64,000 nucleotides of DNA from contig CBDCIT010000016.1 of assembly GCA_965217615.1 (NCBI GenBank), positions 229,272-293,271 on the forward strand. Direction: 5' to 3'. The notes under the pieces are model-generated. The model did not search any database and was not told the origin of the DNA. It saw nothing but the letters and a program-made list of their open reading frames with translations. Every line of letters starts with the position of its first letter. Positions within the stretch are counted from its first letter, which is position 1. Below are positions 40,180 to 48,391 of this stretch, one piece after another. The stretch is from Alphaproteobacteria bacterium (GTDB lineage: Bacteria; Pseudomonadota; Alphaproteobacteria; UBA8366; CAVOAK01). Position numbers and translations under genes: made by a program.

Positions 40180-41562
40180 TTGGCAAACCTCCCGGACGAT
40201 CCAATTGCGGCTGACGGTATCAGGGGCTACGGCCGCCGCCTACGGCGTAACGAGATCACCGCCGAAGAAACGGTTCGCGCCTATCTGGCGCGTATCGAAG
40301 CGCTCGATCCGAGTCTTGGCGCCTACCAGCACGTTGGCGGCGAGCAGGCACTCTCCGCGGCCCAGGCCATCGACGCGCAGCTCGCCGCTGGAACCGATCT
40401 CGGGCCGCTGATGGGAATCCCCGTTGCCGTCAAGGACCTGCTCGCGGTCGACGGCATGCCGACCACCGCCGGATCGCAGATCGACGTCAGCGACTTGGTC
40501 GGTGCCGAAGGCAGCTTCGTCAAATCGCTTCGCGCCGCAGGCTGCATCATTCTCGGCAAGACCAAGGCGGTCGAGTTCGGCCTTGGCGCCGTCGGCATCA
40601 GTGCCGCCCGCGGCACACCCTGGAACCCGTGGGACGCCACGATGCATCGCATCCCCGGCGGCTCGAGCAGCGGCTCGGGTGTCGCCATGGCCGCCGGCCT
40701 CTGTAGCTTCGCCATCGGCTCGGACACTGGCGGTTCGGTGCGTATTCCGGCCGCGCTGAACGGCACCTTCGGCCTCAAGACCACGGTCGGCCTGTGGGCG
40801 ACCGACGGCGTCATGCCGCTCGCCCCGACGCTCGACTCGATCGGACTGCTGACCGCCTCGGCAGAAGATGCGGCGATTGCTTTCGCCGCCCTGACCGGGC
40901 AAACGGAGCCCGAAGCCGCTTCGCTCGACGGTCTCAGACTTGGACAACCGTCCGACTATTTCTTCGACGATCTGGAGGCGGAGGTCGAGGCCTGCACGAC
41001 GGCGGCGCTCGACAAGCTGACCGCGGACGGTGCTACTGTCACATCGATTTCCGTGCCCGAGGCAGCCGAGCGCGAGCAAATCATGCCGGTCGTCATTCCG
41101 ACCGAGCTCAACGCTGTGCTGGGTCCTGAGCGCATTAAAGCCAACCGCGACAAGATGGACCCGGTCATTGCCGCCCGTGCGATCGCCGCCGCCGATAACC
41201 TCGCCACCGACTACATCCGCTGCATCTGGCGTCAGCGCGAGCTCATCGAGATCGCCCGCCAACGCATGCGGGAGCTCGACGCCTGGGTGTCACCGACGGT
41301 CGCTACCTTGCCCGCACCGGTCGCCGCCTTCGACGATTTCGATGCGGGCTTGGCGATGGCCTTCTCTATTACCCGCAATACCCAACCCGGAAACGTCTTC
41401 GACCAGGCCAGCGTCTCCCTGCCGATCGGCGGCGGACCGTTGTCGGTCGGCCTGCAAGTGATGTGCAACCCCGGCGAGGACGCGAAGGTGCTCGCCATCG
41501 CACTGGCGATTGAGCAAGCGCTCGGTCGCGGCTCGCGGCCGGACTTGACGGCGTTTCTTTGA
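40180..41562 (+). CDS. Amidase-signature family amidase
   Basis: GGSSSGSGVAMAAGLCSFAIGSDTGGSVRIPAALNG signature. TTG start preceded by GGAGACGAGG. Confidence 0.85.
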   Translation: MANLPDDPIAADGIRGYGRRLRRNEITAEETVRAYLARIEALDPSLGAYQHVGGEQALSAAQAIDAQLAAGTDLGPLMGIPVAVKDLLAVDGMPTTAGSQIDVSDLVGAEGSFVKSLRAAGCIILGKTKAVEFGLGAVGISAARGTPWNPWDATMHRIPGGSSSGSGVAMAAGLCSFAIGSDTGGSVRIPAALNGTFGLKTTVGLWATDGVMPLAPTLDSIGLLTASAEDAAIAFAALTGQTEPEAASLDGLRLGQPSDYFFDDLEAEVEACTTAALDKLTADGATVTSISVPEAAEREQIMPVVIPTELNAVLGPERIKANRDKMDPVIAARAIAAADNLATDYIRCIWRQRELIEIARQRMRELDAWVSPTVATLPAPVAAFDDFDAGLAMAFSITRNTQPGNVFDQASVSLPIGGGPLSVGLQVMCNPGEDAKVLAIALAIEQALGRGSRPDLTAFL

Positions 41563-41619
41563 ATTAGTCGACACGGATGCGCAAAATCAGTAAAACAGCG
41601 GCGTCTTGCCGAGTGGCGG

Positions 41620-41775
41620 GACACGTTCTCGGGGCGGGGTGAAAGTCCCCACCGGCGGTAAGAGCGACGGTCGCTCAAGCCCGCGAGCGCTCTTCGGGTG
41701 CATGCCTGAAGAGGACAGCAGATTCGGTGTGATTCCGAAGCCGACGGTGATAGTCCGGACGGGAGAGAACGAGAG
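41620..41775 (+). promoter_or_regulatory. FMN riboswitch (RFN element) upstream of ribH
   Basis: CGTTCTCGGGGCGGGGTGAAAGTCCCCACCGGCGGTAA…AGCCCGCGAGCG…CAGCAGATTCGGTGTGATTCCGAAGCCGACGGTGATAGTCCGGACGGGAGAGAACG matches the conserved RFN core. Confidence 0.9.
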
Positions 41776-41854
41776 AGCATGGCCTGCCGCGTCCGCGCAA
41801 GCACCGCTGTTTCGTACGCCCTGATTCTGGCCTCTGACGTTTCGGGAGAAAACC

Positions 41855-42334
41855 ATGAATCAGATGTCCACGAAAAATCCCAATGGGTTCCGTGTTGCCG
41901 TCGTAAAGGCGCGTTGGCACGCGGATATTGTCGATCAGTGCCACGAGGCTTTCGTAACCGAAATTGCCTGCCTGACCAAACGTCGAGCAGATGTTGACGA
42001 GTTCGATGTTCCGGGCGCCTTCGAGGTCCCTTTGATGGCGCGCCGTCTGGCCAAATCGGGAAAGTACGTCGCCATCCTAGGCATCGCATTTGTCGTCGAT
42101 GGCGGCATCTATCGCCACGAGTTCGTCGCGGAAGCCGTCGTCGGCGGGCTCATGCAGGCTCAGTTGGACACCGACGTTCCGATTCTGTCGGCTGTCCTGG
42201 TCCCGCAGAAGTTCGACGAGAGCGAGGAACGCCAGCGTTACTTTCGCGACCACTTCAAAATCAAAGGCCGGGAGGCCGCAGAGGCCTGCGTCTCGATCTT
42301 GGATGCGCGCGCAGCGATCAGCGCTGTAGCCTGA
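41855..42334 (+). CDS. ribH: 6,7-dimethyl-8-ribityllumazine synthase (RibH2-type)
   Basis: 159 aa. …[15 protein letters not shown]…[42 protein letters not shown]…. Confidence 0.9.
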   Translation: MNQMSTKNPNGFRVAVVKARWHADIVDQCHEAFVTEIACLTKRRADVDEFDVPGAFEVPLMARRLAKSGKYVAILGIAFVVDGGIYRHEFVAEAVVGGLMQAQLDTDVPILSAVLVPQKFDESEERQRYFRDHFKIKGREAAEACVSILDARAAISAVA

Positions 42335-42357
42335 GTGCGGCGTCTCACCCCCCTCGC

Positions 42358-43359
42358 CTAGATCTCCAGAACCAGCTTGCCGATGTGTGTGCTCGCCTGC
42401 ATTACCTCGTGGGCGTCCGCCGCCTTGGCCAGCGGGTATCGGGCATGGATCACGGGTTTGACCTTGCCGGCCTCGATCAATGGCCAGACGTTTGCCCGTA
42501 GCGCATCGGCGATCGCTTTCTTGAACTCGACCGATCGCGCCCGCAAGGTCGAGCCGGTAAGCGTTGCCCGCTTGACCATGACAAGCGGATAATTGAATTC
42601 GGCCGTTGCCCCGCCAAGAGTGGCAATGGTGACGACCCGTCCATCGACGGCGAGCGCCTGCAGGTTGCGTCCGACATAAGCGCCGGCGACAACGTCGAGG
42701 ATGACGTCGACGCCAGCACCGCCGGTCGCCTCGGTCACGATCTCGGCGAAATCCTCGTCGTTGTAATTGATCGCCCGCTCGGCGCCGAGCTCCTCGCAGG
42801 CCTTACACTTCTCTGCCGTGCCTGCAGTGGCAAACACACGCGCGCCGAAGTTGGCGGCGAGTTGGATCGCGGTTGTGCCAATGCCGCTCGAGCCGCCATG
42901 CACCAGAAAGTTCTCGCCCGATTTCAGGCCGACACGGTCGAAAACGTTGCTCCAGACCGTAAAGAAGGTCTCCGGCAGTGCTGCCGCCTCGCCTATGTCG
43001 AGACCCTTTGGCACCTGCAGACAAACCTCGGCCGCGGCCGGGCAGTATTCGGCGTAGCCGCCGCCGGTCACCAGTGCGCAGACTTCGTCGCCAACGCTCC
43101 AGCCGCTTGCGCCGGGTCCGAGCGCAACGACCGTGCCGGCGATGTCGAGACCGAGGATGTCCGAAGCGTCGGGTGGCACGGGGTAACTGCCGAGGCGCTG
43201 GAACAGATCGAGCCGGTTGGCGCTGGTTGCGGCGACCTTGACCAACACTTCGCCCTCTTGCGGCTGCGGTGTCGGACGGTCCACGAGTTCCAACGTGTTG
43301 TTCTTGCCGGGATTTTGAATCTCGATCGCTTTCATTGTTGCTGGAACGGCATCCGCCAT
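42358..43359 (-). CDS. NAD(P)H:quinone oxidoreductase (MDR/PIG3-like)
   Basis: …GGGYAEY…ENFLVHGGSSGIGTTAIQLA…. Confidence 0.85.
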   Translation of the reverse strand: MADAVPATMKAIEIQNPGKNNTLELVDRPTPQPQEGEVLVKVAATSANRLDLFQRLGSYPVPPDASDILGLDIAGTVVALGPGASGWSVGDEVCALVTGGGYAEYCPAAAEVCLQVPKGLDIGEAAALPETFFTVWSNVFDRVGLKSGENFLVHGGSSGIGTTAIQLAANFGARVFATAGTAEKCKACEELGAERAINYNDEDFAEIVTEATGGAGVDVILDVVAGAYVGRNLQALAVDGRVVTIATLGGATAEFNYPLVMVKRATLTGSTLRARSVEFKKAIADALRANVWPLIEAGKVKPVIHARYPLAKAADAHEVMQASTHIGKLVLEI

Positions 43360-43416
43360 TTAACCCTCCTGATTGTCATGGTTCGAAATATCAGCCGTAG
43401 CTCGACGATTTGAGCT

Positions 43417-44511
43417 TCACGCCGCCCTGGTCGGCCGGGACTTGTTCGATTTTGCCTTGTTAGATCGGGGCTTGTTGGACCGTGCGCGTGTTTGTTTTTT
43501 CAGCAGTCGCTCGATAACCCGCCGCGCGCGGAGTGGGCCTGCATCGTAGCGAATATCGATGGTCGGCGCGCCGGCACAGAGATCGATCGTCTTCTGCTGT
43601 GCGGTCAGCACGACGATATCCTCGTCGATGACCTGGCGCACCTGGCGATAAAATTCCTCGCGGACCTTGGCATCGGCCGTGATGCTGGCCCGATCGTGCG
43701 CCAGCCCCCAAAAATAGTGTGACGACCGGTCGTTCTCCGGAGTCACGCCGTGGCAGACGACAATGTTCCAGCGGTTCTTGCCGGGCTTGCCTTCGGGCGC
43801 ACCGGTGCCGGTGACCGCGCCGCCGGTCGTCACCACATGGAAGGCGGGCGGCGAGAAATCGATGAACTGCCAGCGATCGATATTCTCGCTAAACCCGCCG
43901 ATCTCCCGGTAAGTCCGCTGCGGCGGCGTATCGATCGTCCAGCGCCTGACGCGGACGTTGTCGCCGCTGTGCTCCACTTTCACCTCGGCCAAGTCCGCCA
44001 TCTCCGGTGAGCCCACGGTCGACCCATGGACGTAAGCAAGGTGCGAGAGGTCGAGCAGGTTGTCGTTGAGTAGAATGTAGTTGGCCGCGACGTGCGTATA
44101 GCCGGTCACCGCGTCCCACTTCTCATCGGCCAGCCAATGGAAGTCCGGGATCGCGGTTTCGTCGGCGAGTGCCGCCTCACCCATCCAGATCCAGGTGCAG
44201 CCGTGGCGGTCAACGGCCGGGTAGCTCTTGACGCGCGCATCCTTCGGCACTTTCGGTTGACCCGGCACTTTGATGCAGGCGCCCGAGCAATCGTAAAGAA
44301 GACCGTGATAGGCGCATTGAATCGTATCGCCAATAAGAGCGCCCTGGGAGAGCGGCAAACTGCGATGGACGCAGCGGTCTTCCAGCGCGACCGGCGTCCC
44401 GTCTTCCAGCCGGTAAAGAACGACCGGCTCGTTCAGAAAAACTCTTCCCGTCGGCGTGCGCCCGACCTCATCGGCCCAAGCCGCGATATACCAATAATTC
44501 CTAAGAAACAT
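43417..44511 (-). CDS. Rieske [2Fe-2S] non-haem iron oxygenase, VanA/phthalate-family oxygenase component
   Basis: MFLRNYWYIAAW…, Rieske CVHRSLPL…CAYHG. Catalytic domain with …LDLSHLAYVH…. Basic repetitive C-terminal tail RSNKPRSNKAKSNKSRP. Confidence 0.85.
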   Translation of the reverse strand: MFLRNYWYIAAWADEVGRTPTGRVFLNEPVVLYRLEDGTPVALEDRCVHRSLPLSQGALIGDTIQCAYHGLLYDCSGACIKVPGQPKVPKDARVKSYPAVDRHGCTWIWMGEAALADETAIPDFHWLADEKWDAVTGYTHVAANYILLNDNLLDLSHLAYVHGSTVGSPEMADLAEVKVEHSGDNVRVRRWTIDTPPQRTYREIGGFSENIDRWQFIDFSPPAFHVVTTGGAVTGTGAPEGKPGKNRWNIVVCHGVTPENDRSSHYFWGLAHDRASITADAKVREEFYRQVRQVIDEDIVVLTAQQKTIDLCAGAPTIDIRYDAGPLRARRVIERLLKKQTRARSNKPRSNKAKSNKSRPTRAA

Positions 44512-44526
44512 CAGACCGGCTCCGTT

Positions 44527-45969
44527 TCACGGACTCCTATGGGTTTCAGCCGTCAACTTCAAGACGCGGCGCTCTATTTCGCCCCTGCGCTCGAGGTGCG
44601 GCAACGCCAGGGTGTCGACGACCGCATCGCTGACGGCGAGGCCGAACGCGCGCCTCGCAGCCCGCTCGTTTGGGCCACCGTCGGGAAACTTGACGATCAC
44701 GTCGCTGGAGATGGTGGGAATTTGGCCTGTTTTATTGGGCGCCCGACGCGGCGGCCCCCTTCCCTTCTTCAGATCACGGATCGCGCGGCGAATCATGCGA
44801 CGCAGCATGGCAACGCCGATATCGGTCTGGCCCAAATGCTCAAGCTTGTGAAGCGCGATCGACCCTTGGCTGTGCATGACCTCATAGTCGCCCGGAACGC
44901 GCTGCGCCTCCTCGTAGCTGCGTGCGCCGGTCTGGCCGACGAAATCGACCCGGTTTGCCCCGACGGCAGTGCGGTCGCCCCTGCCCGCAAGATCGAGCTC
45001 GTCGTTATAGTGTCGCCAGCCAATGAGGACGCAGTGCATATCGTCGACCGGCACAACCCACGCGGTGATGGCGGCGCGCGTAAACATCTTCTCACGGTCG
45101 GGGTCCTGCCAGAGGTCCGGTGGCTGGAACAGATTGGGTAGAACGATCCCCAGATGGCGGACCCAGACATGCTCATGCCAACGCCGGCAGTTGACGACAT
45201 AGATCCCGGTATTATCGTCGGTCTGGCGCCAGGCAAGTTCCGGCAGCTCGCCCCAAGCGTCTGCGAACTGGGTCCCGGTCACGCGCGTGTGCAGGAAGAC
45301 GCTGTGGATCGGATCTATGGGCTGCTCCTGGACTTGCAGCCAGTTGCATGGATTTTCCACCGTGTAGGGCACCAACTCGTCGCCGGGCAGGTCCATCGTG
45401 TCGTAAACGGGAAATTCGGGCTTTTCGGCAGGCGGACCCAGATAGGCGAAGACGAGCCCTTTGTATTCGAGCGCCGGGTAGGCGCCGTGGTGCAGGCTAT
45501 CCTTGATCGGGCTGTTCTCGGGCTCGCCGGGTGTTTCCAAGATCCGGCCATCCACATCGAACAGCCAGCCGTGATAGCAGCAGCGAATGCCATGCTCGGC
45601 GATCACACCGTACTCCAAGGAGGTGCGGCGATGACTGCATTGCCGGTGCAAGAGCCCGACGTTTCCCGAGAGGTCGCGGAAGGCGACCAAATCCTCGCCC
45701 ATGATGCGGAGCGCCAAAGGCAGTTCGGTCAACTGCTCCGCCATGCAGACGGGCTGCCAAAAGCGGCGCAGATATTCACCGCACGGCGTCCCCGGCCCGA
45801 CATGGGTCAGCTCGGCGTCTTCCTTCGCTCCGCCCGAACGGTGATAACCGATATACGACATGTGGCCCTTTGCCAGCCTCTGCTCCCTCCGTTCGTCCTT
45901 GAATGTGACGATAGCGCGGGCCTGGGTACATGGGAAGCACTCCACCGCCATGCTCGTATTCTGCGCCAT
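44527..45969 (-). CDS. Rieske [2Fe-2S] oxygenase alpha-subunit-like protein (start 45969 or 45861)
   Basis: CSHRRTSL…CCYHGW Rieske motif, …DPIHSVFLH… mononuclear-iron region. Confidence 0.8.
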   Translation of the reverse strand: MAQNTSMAVECFPCTQARAIVTFKDERREQRLAKGHMSYIGYHRSGGAKEDAELTHVGPGTPCGEYLRRFWQPVCMAEQLTELPLALRIMGEDLVAFRDLSGNVGLLHRQCSHRRTSLEYGVIAEHGIRCCYHGWLFDVDGRILETPGEPENSPIKDSLHHGAYPALEYKGLVFAYLGPPAEKPEFPVYDTMDLPGDELVPYTVENPCNWLQVQEQPIDPIHSVFLHTRVTGTQFADAWGELPELAWRQTDDNTGIYVVNCRRWHEHVWVRHLGIVLPNLFQPPDLWQDPDREKMFTRAAITAWVVPVDDMHCVLIGWRHYNDELDLAGRGDRTAVGANRVDFVGQTGARSYEEAQRVPGDYEVMHSQGSIALHKLEHLGQTDIGVAMLRRMIRRAIRDLKKGRGPPRRAPNKTGQIPTISSDVIVKFPDGGPNERAARRAFGLAVSDAVVDTLALPHLERRGEIERRVLKLTAETHRSP

Positions 45970-46077
45970 GAGGCGGCCGTGGATAGCGTCGCCACGCCGG
46001 CCCCGCTAGTGGTGCAGGTTTGAACTTCGCGGTATGGTCACCGCATCGAACAACGCTTCAAATCAGGGAGAAACGTC

Positions 46078-46776
46078 ATGGCAAGAGACGAAATTGCGTT
46101 GATTGTCGGCACCGGCGCGGGTCTCAGCGCGTCGCTTGCTCGTCTTTGTAAAAGTCAGGGCATGAAGGTCGCGCTGGCCGCACGAAACACCGACAAACTC
46201 GCGGACTTGGCAAAAGAAATCAATGCGCGCGCCTACGCATGCGACGCCACCCAGCCAAGCGAGGTCGAGGCGTTGTTTGCCGGTGTGACGGCGGATCTGG
46301 GCGAGCCAAATCTCGTCGTCTACAACCCGAGCGGCCGGGTGCGCGGTCCGGTCACCGAGATCGACCCAGCCGAAGTACAGCAGGCGATCATGGTGACCTG
46401 CTTCGGTGGTTTCTTGGTTGCCCAACAGGCGGCAAAGCAGATGGTCGCGCGTGGCTCCGGAACCATCCTCTTTACGGGCGCGTCGGCCAGCGTGAAGGGC
46501 TATCCGAATTCCTCGTCCTTCGCGATGGGTAAGTTCGGACTGCGGGGGTTAGCCCAAAGTATGGCGCGCGAACTTCAGCCACAAAACGTACATGTCGGGC
46601 ATTTCGTGATTGACGGCGGCATCGGCCGGGCCGACGACCCACGGGCGACGGGACGCGGTGAAGATGGAATGCTGTCGCCTGACGCGATTGCGGAATCCTA
46701 CCTCCACGTCCATCGACAACATCGCAGTGCCTGGACTTGGGAGATAGAGCTGCGGCCGTGGGTCGAGAATTTCTGA
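46078..46776 (+). CDS. Short-chain dehydrogenase/reductase (SDR)
   Basis: LIVGTGAGLSASLA (TGxxxGxG-like) and S…YxxxK-type region (SASVKGYPNSSSFAMGKFG). Confidence 0.8.
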   Translation: MARDEIALIVGTGAGLSASLARLCKSQGMKVALAARNTDKLADLAKEINARAYACDATQPSEVEALFAGVTADLGEPNLVVYNPSGRVRGPVTEIDPAEVQQAIMVTCFGGFLVAQQAAKQMVARGSGTILFTGASASVKGYPNSSSFAMGKFGLRGLAQSMARELQPQNVHVGHFVIDGGIGRADDPRATGRGEDGMLSPDAIAESYLHVHRQHRSAWTWEIELRPWVENF

Positions 46777-47083
46777 CCGGGCAAAGACAAGCTTTCCGCT
46801 CGCAGCGCACACGCCTCGCACGGCCTGACGGCTTCGTTCGAGTTGCGCGGAGCACGGAACTCATAAGTTGATTGGCAAGTCGGCGTCCCTTGCGAGCCTG
46901 CCGGAGACCGGCCTTCGTTTACATATGGCGGACGCCTCGATTGGTTTGAATCAAGACGCAATTCGCGTTAGGACTCATACGATGAGATTCGCAGGCGCGA
47001 GGATACATGCCGGCAACGCGTAAGCGCCGATTACCGGGCAAATTGAACGCCGTTGTCGTGGGCGTATTGTCGTTGCCTCATGC

Positions 47084-47839
47084 ATGACGGTCCGGCCCGA
47101 ACCTACGGTTTCAAGCGGCCCGCCGAGTGCCTTTCAAACCAGCCTGATAATTCCTGCAGCACCAGAACCGGTTGAAGTCGCTGCGATCTCAACCACGATT
47201 CACGCCAGCGGCGGCTCTTGTGTCGTCACCCGGCTTGCAGTTGGCACAACCTTCGCCGCAGACGACACTGACGTGCCGTTAGAAACCGTAGAGACGTCCC
47301 AAATATCCGAGGATCAATCCTCGTCGACCGAGAAAATTGCCGGCGATGACGAACAATGCGATGAGACGATTGACGAGGCATTCCTGGAACGCCTCTTGAC
47401 GGGCCCATCGCTTGAACCAGTGGTCGAACAGATTGCCGAAGACGAAAGCGTCATCGTTCCGCCATCGGCGGAAGAGTTGGCGGCGTTGGAGTCCGACGAC
47501 GAAACGGTCGTGGAAGACGAAAACGTGGTAGGCTTAGCCAAAGAGAAGGAAAAAGAGGAAGAGAGCATGGAATCGGTTCGTAGCCGGCTTGCCACGGCGC
47601 TGGCGCGGCTGCGGAGATTGACGGCTAGCGACGACGACGACGAAGCAATACCCGAAGAACCTGAAAGCCAGGACGTTACGCCCGCCGAAGCGTTGGCCAC
47701 CTTCGCGTGCATTTCCCCCGCATGCGCGAAACCTACGCGGCCTCCGGGCACCGTCTCGCGAGCACCTACTCCCAGTGGCACCTCCGCAACGGACCTCCGT
47801 TTCGCGCCGTTCGTCTCGACCGGCGTTATGTCAGCGTAA
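47084..47839 (+). CDS. Hypothetical acidic protein (251 aa), no recognisable domain
   Basis: Longest ORF in a lower-GC stretch. Asp/Glu-rich (…ESDDETVVEDENVV…EKEKEEES…SDDDDEAIPEEPES…). No similarity that I can recognise. Confidence 0.3.
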   Translation: MTVRPEPTVSSGPPSAFQTSLIIPAAPEPVEVAAISTTIHASGGSCVVTRLAVGTTFAADDTDVPLETVETSQISEDQSSSTEKIAGDDEQCDETIDEAFLERLLTGPSLEPVVEQIAEDESVIVPPSAEELAALESDDETVVEDENVVGLAKEKEKEEESMESVRSRLATALARLRRLTASDDDDEAIPEEPESQDVTPAEALATFACISPACAKPTRPPGTVSRAPTPSGTSATDLRFAPFVSTGVMSA

Positions 47840-48254
47840 CGTCAACGACCATGCGTTCGATGACAGCCCTTATATGCTCGAGCGCCGGGTGCCGATTGGC
47901 GCCGCCGTCGCGCTCCCGAGCTTCGTCGTCGACGAAGCGGGCGTGATTCAAATTGGGCCACTCTTGCTGTTGGAAAAAATGCCGCGAGGGTTCGATTCGC
48001 CGCGCGGAAATTAGCGCTATTCGCAGATCGGTTCTGATGGCCAGATTGTCGGTATCACCAACGGCAAGGGCGGCAATTTTTTACGGTTCTGTGAAGAGTG
48101 CGACGCTTTGAGTGCGGACGCCGCCTATCGCAGCCTTCTCGACGGTGAGATATTCAACCCCGAAGCCGTCAACGACGAATCAGAGTTAAACGAGAGCTCC
48201 TGATTTCGGCCCAACTGCTGCGCAATGCAGCCGCGACGCGTGTCCGTCACTTGC

Positions 48255-48354
48255 TTAGCGCCAGCCACGTTCCTTGAAGAGGATCAAGGCTCCGCTGTGA
48301 AGCGGTGCGCCACTCCGCTGCTTAGCCATCGTTTCGGCGTCGAGTGCCGCAAAT
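48255..48354 (-). pseudogene. TAXI-family TRAP solute receptor, C-terminal piece (split by IS66-family element)
   Basis: Reads …(F)AALDAETMAKQRSGAPLHSGALILFKERGWR*. It joins in frame to 52666..53551 once the IS and one TSD copy are removed (978 nt = 326 codons). Confidence 0.85.
48347..48354. repeat. 8-bp target-site duplication CCGCAAAT (left) of the IS66-family element
   Basis: The same octamer lies at 52666..52673, directly outside the IRs. Confidence 0.9.
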
Positions 48355-48391
48355 GTAAAGGTTCGGTCGGGCCGGTATAGGTCGGTGGATT

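Noticed and set aside
41232-42089. 285-aa minus-strand ORF spanning the amidase 3' end, the riboswitch and the ribH start.
   Set aside because: It overlaps a well-supported FMN riboswitch and two homologous genes on the other strand. Its composition is typical of a spurious ORF.
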